From contig OZ252149.1 in NCBI GenBank assembly GCA_965248755.1, forward strand, positions 3,072,001 to 3,136,000: a stretch of 64,000 bases of DNA, read 5' to 3'. The position numbers and the translations under genes are program-made. The notes below the pieces were generated by a model. The model saw only the letters and a program-made list of their open reading frames with translations, did not search any database and was not told the origin of the DNA. This DNA is from Candidatus Latescibacterota bacterium (GTDB lineage Bacteria > Latescibacterota > CBDEFO01). Positions 51,834 through 59,347 of this stretch are shown here, in pieces. Position 1 is the stretch's first letter. Each line of letters begins with the position of its first letter.

Positions 51834-54800
51834 CTATCTCATCAAGATCAGTTTTCTTGTCCGAGCAAATCTATCTGCCTTCAGCCGATACAGATATACT
51901 CCACTGGCAAGACTCCTTGCACTATCATCTTTACCGTCCCAGACCACAGAGTAACTGCCTCCGTCCATCTCCTCATCAACCAATGTCGCAACTTTCTGTC
52001 CCACTACGTTAAAGACAGATATGGTAATGTGGCTTCCAACAGGAAGGTCGTAACGGATCACCGTCTGGGGATTGAACGGATTGGGATAATTCTGCTCCAG
52101 CGCGTATTCCTTCGGCACATACCGGACCCTTACAGCCCCTAATTCCTGCTCCTGCTCCTCGTTGACCGACCCTACACCGCGAAGTGTCACCTCTGACTCC
52201 CGTTCGCTCATCAGCAACCTGAGCGTAGCTAAGCGTGCGTCCGAAATAGGTGTAACACCCGCCATCGCCACTTTCAGTTCGCCGTCGGAGACACTATACA
52301 ACATCTGCCAGTCCTCCGGAAGATTCGAAACCACATCTTCTACGTGTGCAAAGCTCGTGTCAATCTGTATGGTGAACTGTGCGGAAATCACATCTCCCAT
52401 GTTGTCCTCCCAGACGAGCGGAAGCTCCACGTGTCCGGGTGTATCTCCCGACTGAGTTTCCGACCAGGCAAGTGTGCCTGCAACGGGTGCCCGCTTAGCT
52501 AACACTCCGCAGTCCGGGTCAGCTGGGAAGCAGGGGATAGCATCTACGACGTAGCGCAGGACTAAGGCGGCATCAAATGCCCCGACCGTGCCGTTGCCGG
52601 AGACATCCGCAACGCGAGCAGAAGTACCCGTAAGTGTGATAAGTCCCACCGTATGCTGAAGGATCAACACAGCATCGAAGGAGGTGACCTCTCCGTTGTC
52701 TGACACATCACCAAGCAGGGGTGGCCTGTCCAGTGTAAAGTTCCCATCTCCATTGGTCGGCCCGGTGGTCAGGATGCTATCTGAGGCGACTACCGACCAC
52801 GTCACAGGGAGCTGCACCTTGGGCAAGCCGAAGGGCTTAAAATCGAGCACTAATGTGGTGTCTTCCACTACAAAGCTTGTGTCTATTTGATCGACAACGA
52901 TGGTGAGCGTATACGCCAGACTGTCTCCGTCTATGTCGGGCGCCTCCGTCCAGAGGAAGAGGACTGAATCGCGCGGAACAAGACTACTATCCGGTGGAGA
53001 CAACCGCAGAAAGTTCCCTGGAGCGTCGTTAGTCGGGGTTACCGTCACTACCACTGTCGCGGTGTCGGTCAAGGCGGTATCTATAACCACGTATTTGAAC
53101 GTGTCTGTACCGTTGAAATCTGTCTTGGGAGTGTAGGTCACCGTGCTGTCGCCAGGGTCGATGACGACCGTTCCGACAGTGCCTGTAGTATCTAGCGATT
53201 GCACCGTTATCGTGTCCCCGTCAATGTCGAAATCGTTGACAAGCACTAAGATAGTAATTGTCGTATCCTCAGGCGTGGTGACGGTGTCGTTCACGGCAAC
53301 TGGCGGGTTGTTTATAAATTCTACGGTAAATGGATGAATGTGCTCCAGGCTGCTTAGGCCGTTTTCATCTGTAGCGTGGATATGCATATTGTAAGTGCTA
53401 TCAATCCCCAGGATCGATAGATCTGCCGTGAAATTGACCTCCACATCGGTGGCGGGTGCAAAATTTGAGTAGGTAAAACTCTGCGTCCTTGCGCTCGGTC
53501 TGCTGAAATAGTATTCAACAGCAGTGATATTTGGCGCAACATCTAGCCTCTTCTTCAAAAATGGACTGGTATACGACAAACTCCATTTGCTGCTGTCGTC
53601 CCGCGCCCGAACAAAAAGTACGTGAAGTCCATCGCCTGTGCCGCTCAAGTCAACCACAAAATCCTTCGTGATGTCAACTCCCGCCGTAATAGGAATATCC
53701 ACTCCTGCCCCAAACCCTGGGTCTGTGTCGATGTAATACTCCGCCTTTGTGACGTTCGGTTCAATATCGAGCCTCTTCTTCAAGAATGGACTGGTATAAG
53801 ATAAGCTCCATTTGCTGCTGTCATCCCGCGCCCGAACAAAAAGTACGTGAAGTCCGTCGCCTGTGCCGCTCAAGTCAACCACAAAATCCTTCGTGATGTC
53901 AACTCCCGCCGTAATAGGAATATCCACTCCCGCTCCAAACCCTGGGTCTGTGTCTATGTAATACTCCGCCTTTGTGACGTTCGGCTCAACATCGAGCCTC
54001 TTCTTCAAAAATGGACTCGTATAGGACAAACTCCAATTGCTACTGTCGTCTCCCGCCCGAACAAAAAGTACGTGAAGTCCGTCGCCTGTGCCGCTCAAGT
54101 CAACCACAAAATCCTTCGTGATGTCGACTCCTGCTGTAATAGGAATATCCACTCCCGCTCCAAACCCTGGATCTGTGTCTATGTAATACTCCGCCTTTGT
54201 GACGTTCGGCTCAACAGCGAGCCTCTTCTTCAAAAATGGACTGGTATAAGTTAAGCTCCATTTGCTGCTGTCGTCCCGCGCCCGAACAAAAAGTACGTGA
54301 AGTCCATCGCCTGTGCCGCTCAAGTCAACCACAAAATCCTTCGTGATGTTAACTCCCGCTGTAATAGGAATATCCACTCCCGCTCCAAACCCTGGGTCTG
54401 TGTCTATGTAATACTCGACCTTTGTGACGTTTGGAGCAATATCGAGCCTCTTCTTCAAAAATGGACTCGTATAAGTTAAGCTCCATTTGCTGCTGTCGTC
54501 CCTCGCACGTACAAAAAGTACGTGAAGTCCATCGCCTGTCCCGCTCAAGTCAACCACAAAATCCTTAGTAATGTCGATTCCTGCTGTAATAGGAATATCC
54601 ACTCCCGCTCCAAACCCTGGATCTGTGTCTATGTAATACTCCACCTTTGTGACGTTCGGAGCAACATCGAGCCTCTTCTTCAAAAATGGACTCGTATAAG
54701 TTAAGCTCCATTTGCTGCTGTCGTCCCTTGCTCGAACAAAAAGCACGTGAAGCCCGTCACTTATGTTCGAAATATCTACATTGAAGTTCAGATCCAGATC

Positions 54801-54938
54801 AGGGGCCGCCGTAATAGTGACCTGCGTTCCGTTTCCGAAGCCGGGGTCCGTGTCTATGTAATATTCCACCTGCACAATGTTTTGTGCATAAAGGGCCTGT
54901 GAACAGAGTAAAATGGCGAAAATTACTGCCGTTTTCAT
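51834..54938 (-). CDS. Secreted multidomain scaffold-like protein: 6+1 tandem 75-aa EYYIDTDPG repeats, Ig/cadherin-like domains, dockerin, cohesin-like domain, FlgD/T9SS-type C-terminal domain
   Basis: Signal peptide; repeats; NNPPVAVND; GDVSDNGEVTSFDA/ADVSGNGTVGAFDA; LEQNYPNPFNP...SGVYLYRL...KLILMR. Confidence 0.9.
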   Translation of the reverse strand: MKTAVIFAILLCSQALYAQNIVQVEYYIDTDPGFGNGTQVTITAAPDLDLNFNVDISNISDGLHVLFVRARDDSSKWSLTYTSPFLKKRLDVAPNVTKVEYYIDTDPGFGAGVDIPITAGIDITKDFVVDLSGTGDGLHVLFVRARDDSSKWSLTYTSPFLKKRLDIAPNVTKVEYYIDTDPGFGAGVDIPITAGVNITKDFVVDLSGTGDGLHVLFVRARDDSSKWSLTYTSPFLKKRLAVEPNVTKAEYYIDTDPGFGAGVDIPITAGVDITKDFVVDLSGTGDGLHVLFVRAGDDSSNWSLSYTSPFLKKRLDVEPNVTKAEYYIDTDPGFGAGVDIPITAGVDITKDFVVDLSGTGDGLHVLFVRARDDSSKWSLSYTSPFLKKRLDIEPNVTKAEYYIDTDPGFGAGVDIPITAGVDITKDFVVDLSGTGDGLHVLFVRARDDSSKWSLSYTSPFLKKRLDVAPNITAVEYYFSRPSARTQSFTYSNFAPATDVEVNFTADLSILGIDSTYNMHIHATDENGLSSLEHIHPFTVEFINNPPVAVNDTVTTPEDTTITILVLVNDFDIDGDTITVQSLDTTGTVGTVVIDPGDSTVTYTPKTDFNGTDTFKYVVIDTALTDTATVVVTVTPTNDAPGNFLRLSPPDSSLVPRDSVLFLWTEAPDIDGDSLAYTLTIVVDQIDTSFVVEDTTLVLDFKPFGLPKVQLPVTWSVVASDSILTTGPTNGDGNFTLDRPPLLGDVSDNGEVTSFDAVLILQHTVGLITLTGTSARVADVSGNGTVGAFDAALVLRYVVDAIPCFPADPDCGVLAKRAPVAGTLAWSETQSGDTPGHVELPLVWEDNMGDVISAQFTIQIDTSFAHVEDVVSNLPEDWQMLYSVSDGELKVAMAGVTPISDARLATLRLLMSERESEVTLRGVGSVNEEQEQELGAVRVRYVPKEYALEQNYPNPFNPQTVIRYDLPVGSHITISVFNVVGQKVATLVDEEMDGGSYSVVWDGKDDSARSLASGVYLYRLKADRFARTRKLILMR
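53545..54750. repeat. Near-identical 225-bp coding tandem repeats
   Basis: ccgctcaagtcaaccacaaaatcct recurs every 225 bp (53641, 53866, 54091, 54316, 54541). Confidence 0.95.
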
Positions 54939-55009
54939 GCTACGCTCCTCTTATGGGGAAAGTCAGCAGACAGGGGGCGGCGGAGGTGCCCCCTTGTCTA
55001 TTGTCACTA

Positions 55010-56044
55010 TTATTTATGCGATTTGACCTTCATTTGAACCGGAATGCCGACAGTGTTTGAGCCTGATGCTGGGGCGATGAAAAAGTAAATCGAAGGAATG
55101 ACAGGAATCCCGGAAAGGACATAAGGTTCAAGTCCACCAAACATTCCGATATCAACACCACCTAATCCGGCACCGATCGCGGGTGAGCCTGGTGCCAATT
55201 GCCATCGGCCGTCGGTGCTGCCAGTGCCCAGAAAAAAGGTAGTCATATCTACGTCATTTTGATTTCCTTTGGTTGAATCAAAGGATGTAAACTGTGTACT
55301 ATTCCCGATGTTATAAGATGCATTAACATTCAAACCGCTAAAGGCGCCTTCTCTCAATATGTTATTGTTAAAAGTCGTATTATATACTATCACGTCTCCC
55401 CGGATAACATTGTGCTCGACTACGAGAAATGAGTTGCTGCTTGCATTTATTGCGTCGGCGCCGATGTCTGCACTGGAAGCTTCTATATAATTATTATTGA
55501 TGAAAGCAGAGGTCACATTAGGATTTACCTGGATAGCGATGGCACCACTAGTATTATAGGTAGTTCGTATATAATTCTGTAAAATTAGTATATTGCTAGC
55601 GTTGTCGGCAATTAAGATAGTCGGATAACTGCTCCAGTTTACCCAGTTTACATAATTTCTCTCGATAGTAATATTACTTACGCCAGTTCCAACTGTTACG
55701 TTAACTACATCTAAACCAGTGATGAGTGAACTATCCGAACCTGCTAGGAATTGAATAATGCCAGCTCTGGCATTACCTAGATTTGCCTGTGTTTCCGGAT
55801 TGGAGCTCAGCAAGTAACCCGGTCCAAAGATGAATAGCGACTTTGTAGCCTCTAAATTACCATACCAATTTGGCGTTCCCGCAACATAGAGCGTATCACC
55901 GCTTGCCGCTCCGGTGTGAGCTGCTGATAAAGTTGTAAAATCCGCCTCGTTGCCAGGATTGTTATCGATCCTCCAAATTTTTGCGCTGGCAGACGTTGCA
56001 AGCATAGAGATCGCTATGATCGTGCAGAGAAACTTGGAAACCAT
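55010..56044 (-). CDS. Secreted right-handed beta-helix-like protein, paralogue C
   Basis: Signal peptide; WRIDNN..ADF; GDTLYV; Asn/Ile-rich coils; SPAIGAG..DIGMFGG..YVLSGIP. Confidence 0.85.
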   Translation of the reverse strand: MVSKFLCTIIAISMLATSASAKIWRIDNNPGNEADFTTLSAAHTGAASGDTLYVAGTPNWYGNLEATKSLFIFGPGYLLSSNPETQANLGNARAGIIQFLAGSDSSLITGLDVVNVTVGTGVSNITIERNYVNWVNWSSYPTILIADNASNILILQNYIRTTYNTSGAIAIQVNPNVTSAFINNNYIEASSADIGADAINASSNSFLVVEHNVIRGDVIVYNTTFNNNILREGAFSGLNVNASYNIGNSTQFTSFDSTKGNQNDVDMTTFFLGTGSTDGRWQLAPGSPAIGAGLGGVDIGMFGGLEPYVLSGIPVIPSIYFFIAPASGSNTVGIPVQMKVKSHK

Positions 56045-56276
56045 TGTCGAACCTCCTATAGTAGGGTCTGTTTCCCTCAGCAGAGGGAGGCAGGAGTTGA
56101 TGCTACTGTCTATGAAATTGCTTCCCCTCGACCCCCGATAGAGTCAATTGGGGGCGCTCGCAATGACAGTTTACGGGACTGGGAATGACGTTTCTTAACT
56201 TTGTCTTGGTCATTGGGAGGGGTGAAACCCCGACCCCGTCAGGAGTTGCGAAGCAGAACCAATCTCGCCTCTTTAC

Positions 56277-57287
56277 TTATCTGTTATGCGCTTTGATTTT
56301 CATTTGAACCGGAATGCCGACAGTGTTTGAGCCTGATCCAGGGGCTTGGAAAAAGTAAATGGCAGGAATAGCAGGTATCCCGGAAAGAACATAAGGATTG
56401 AGTCCGCCGAACATGCCCATATCGACACCGTTTGAGCCTGCGCCGATTGCCGGAGAACCTGTCTCCAACTGCCACCTGCCGTCGGTGCTCGTTGTGTCCA
56501 CAAAGACGGTCGCCATATCTACGTTGGATTGATTGGTCGCATCAAACGCTGCAAACTGTGTACCATTTCCCATGTTATTAAGCACAATGTTGGCCGAACC
56601 GGGAAAGGTGCCATCTCTCAATATGTTGTTGTCAAAGATTGCATTGCTTACTTTCACATTTCCGCGGATTACATTGTTCTCGATGATAAGATCCAACGCG
56701 GTGCTGCTTGCTTCGATTGCGTCGGTGCCATCTATGAAGTTGTTGGAGATGACAACGGTCAGGACAGAAGGGTCTATGTCGATTGCGTCTGCACCGGAAG
56801 AGGTGCTGGGATTCTGTATATAGTTCTCTATTATGAATAAACTCGAGACTCTGTCGTCTATAAAGATGACATCACCAGAAGTACTGCCAACTATTCTGTT
56901 TCTCTTGATAACAATGTCACTTGCGTCTGTGTTAAGCCTTAGAAAATCTATATCGAGGCCCGTAAGGAGCGACCCGCTCGCACTCGAGCTTAACGTAATA
57001 GTATTAGTTGAGGCGGCGAGAGGCTTCGCCTGCGTGTTTGGGTTCTGATCCAGAAAATATCCGGGTCCGATGATAACGAGCGTCCTGTTAACCGTGACAC
57101 TTCCATAGTTAAACCTGGAACCCACAACATAGAGCGTATCGCCGCTTGTGGCGCCGTTGTTGGCAGCTTGCAGGGTCCTGAAATCCGCCTCGTTAGTCGG
57201 ACTGCTATCGACCCGCCAAACCTTTGCAGTGGCGGACGTTGCAAGTATAATGATCGGAATGATCGTGCAGAGAAACTTGGAAACCAT
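56277..57287 (-). CDS. Secreted right-handed beta-helix-like protein, paralogue B
   Basis: Same motifs as paralogue C. Confidence 0.85.
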   Translation of the reverse strand: MVSKFLCTIIPIIILATSATAKVWRVDSSPTNEADFRTLQAANNGATSGDTLYVVGSRFNYGSVTVNRTLVIIGPGYFLDQNPNTQAKPLAASTNTITLSSSASGSLLTGLDIDFLRLNTDASDIVIKRNRIVGSTSGDVIFIDDRVSSLFIIENYIQNPSTSSGADAIDIDPSVLTVVISNNFIDGTDAIEASSTALDLIIENNVIRGNVKVSNAIFDNNILRDGTFPGSANIVLNNMGNGTQFAAFDATNQSNVDMATVFVDTTSTDGRWQLETGSPAIGAGSNGVDMGMFGGLNPYVLSGIPAIPAIYFFQAPGSGSNTVGIPVQMKIKAHNR

Positions 57288-57487
57288 GGTAGAAGCTCCT
57301 TGAGTAGAGTCTGTTCCCTCAGTAAAAGAGGAAGATAGCAGTGCGTGTGTCTACGAGATTGCTTCCCCCCGATAGATTTAATCGGGGGCGCTCGCAATGA
57401 CAGTTCAGGGGACTCGCAATGACGTTGCTAGTTTGTGTATTCAGTCATTCTGAGGGATGAAACCCCCAGGCAATCTGGCCTGTCTAC

Positions 57488-58510
57488 CTAATCTTGTGAT
57501 TTGACCTTCATTTGGATCGAGAGGCCGCTGGTGTTCGAGCCCGCTGGTGGAGATGCGAAAAAGTAAATGGCGGGAATAGTGGGGATACCGGAAAGGACAT
57601 AAGAATTTTCTCCTCCGAACATTCCAACATCCACACCTTGTGTGCCGGCGCCGATTGCGGGTGAACCTGTTTCCAACTGCCACCGGCCGTCGCTGCTCGT
57701 TGTATCCACAAAGACGGTCGCCATATCTACGTTCGATTGATTGGTCGCATCAAACGCCGCAAACTGTGTACCATTTGCGATGTTATTGAATACAGAGTTG
57801 AAAGAACCAGAGAAAGAATCATCTCTCAATATGTTATTGTGAAAGATCGAATTATACACTAACACTCTTCCGCGGATGACATTGTTCTTGACGTCAAGCA
57901 GAGCGCTGCTATGGGCTTCGATTGCATCGCCGGTAGTAGGAATATCTATGAAATTGTTAGCTATGAGAACACCCTGAACAGAAGAATTAACGTCGATTGC
58001 GTCGGCGGCGGTATTAGAGTTGGTATTCTGTATATAATTCTGCAGAATGGATGAATTCGAGGCACTGCTGTGTATCAAGAGGATATTTCCTGAAGTACTA
58101 TAGACTATTCTATTTCTCTTGATAGTAATATTCTTCACAGACACACCAATGGTTACCTCTCTTACTTCGAGACCTGTAAAGAGCGACCCGTTCGAACCCG
58201 AGTTGAAATTAATATTGTCACCTTTGGCAGAGACAGGTCTTGCCTGGGTATTTGGGTTTTGATCCAGAAAATATCCCGGTCCGAAGATAAAGAGCTTCTT
58301 GGTAAGCGTTAAACTGCCGTACCTAACTCCAGAACCCATGACATAGAGCGTATCACCGCTCTGCGCTCCGCTGTGAGCCGCTGATAAGGTTCTAAAATCT
58401 GCCTCGTTACTCGGATTGCTATCGACCCGCCAAATTGTGGCAGTGGCGGACGTGGTAAATGCGCAGATCGCTATGACCAAGATGATCATAAAGAATATCC
58501 TGGCAGCCAT
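57488..58510 (-). CDS. Secreted right-handed beta-helix-like protein, paralogue A
   Basis: Same motifs; AAGGAGG RBS. Confidence 0.85.
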   Translation of the reverse strand: MAARIFFMIILVIAICAFTTSATATIWRVDSNPSNEADFRTLSAAHSGAQSGDTLYVMGSGVRYGSLTLTKKLFIFGPGYFLDQNPNTQARPVSAKGDNINFNSGSNGSLFTGLEVREVTIGVSVKNITIKRNRIVYSTSGNILLIHSSASNSSILQNYIQNTNSNTAADAIDVNSSVQGVLIANNFIDIPTTGDAIEAHSSALLDVKNNVIRGRVLVYNSIFHNNILRDDSFSGSFNSVFNNIANGTQFAAFDATNQSNVDMATVFVDTTSSDGRWQLETGSPAIGAGTQGVDVGMFGGENSYVLSGIPTIPAIYFFASPPAGSNTSGLSIQMKVKSQD

Positions 58511-58631
58511 TGTAAGACCTCCTTGAGTTTGAGATTACACCTTGCATTTTCGGAATTAGGAAGAATATACGTCAGAATGCAATTGTATAGCAACTGCTTC
58601 AGTGAAGATAAACAAACATTAGCGCTCATCC

Positions 58632-58675
58632 TGTGATGCGGATCACAAGATAAGGAAAAATGAAACAAATGTCAA
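58632..58675 (-). promoter_or_regulatory. Promoter of the beta-helix/scaffold unit with a perfect CRP-type site
   Basis: TTGACA-17-TATCTT on the minus strand; TGTGA-TGCGGA-TCACA at 58632-58647. Confidence 0.65.
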
Positions 58676-58772
58676 CAAAAACTTAATCGGCCAGATTCAT
58701 TCAGACAAAGAGACGAAGCCATTATAGACTGAGCTCCGGCTCTTCTGCACTGAGGTGGGAAAGTCTATTTCA

Positions 58773-59225
58773 TCACTCAGAGAAGGTTGACTTGATGCGG
58801 CCCCAGCTGTCATTACTAATTACTGGATTGGGAACCCAGATACTCTCATCAAATTCAGCCAGCAAGTAGTCAACCATTGCGTCTTTCCTGAAGTAGAACT
58901 CTGTGACACCGCTGTTCGTCCAATAGCCGTCGAAGCCCGCGGCCAGCGAATCGTCATCGTCTCGAACAGCAAGATTGGATGCATCCGGATTGTTGAAACT
59001 TCCTGCGGTTTCAATCAGATCTTCCTGTGTCACCCAGTACACGGAAGGAACGTTATCCCACTCGCTCAGGTTACTGTCTATGATGATATTATGGTACTTA
59101 CTGCTATTGACAGGAACTTGCGCAGCAACGAAGAGCTTGTGCAACCGCCGATGTGCCGAAGTCGTACCGGTGGTAGAGAGTACAAATGCCAGTGTCGCAA
59201 CTATCGCAAATACTGTCTTCATCAC
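58773..59225 (-). CDS. Secreted protein with a C-terminal SWGRIK motif, possibly internally deleted
   Basis: Signal peptide; IDSNLSEW (sugar-binding-domain-like start); ends SWGRIKSTFSE. Confidence 0.6.
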   Translation of the reverse strand: MMKTVFAIVATLAFVLSTTGTTSAHRRLHKLFVAAQVPVNSSKYHNIIIDSNLSEWDNVPSVYWVTQEDLIETAGSFNNPDASNLAVRDDDDSLAAGFDGYWTNSGVTEFYFRKDAMVDYLLAEFDESIWVPNPVISNDSWGRIKSTFSE

Positions 59226-59347
59226 GATGCTTTTGTTCAGGATGACTAATTGCAGAGAGTTTACAGTTCATATATTAATTGAGTTGTGCCATTAGAATTC
59301 CAGAGAAAGTTTGCTTTACTTCCTCTCCTGTGGCTATTACGGAAAGA

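Noticed and set aside
53622..54704. Repeated short plus-strand ORFs (MKSIACAAQVNH...)
   Set aside because: Antisense products of the 225-bp coding repeats.
53545..58510. Diversity-generating retroelement explanation for the repeats and paralogues
   Set aside because: No reverse transcriptase in the window and the differences are not adenine-specific.
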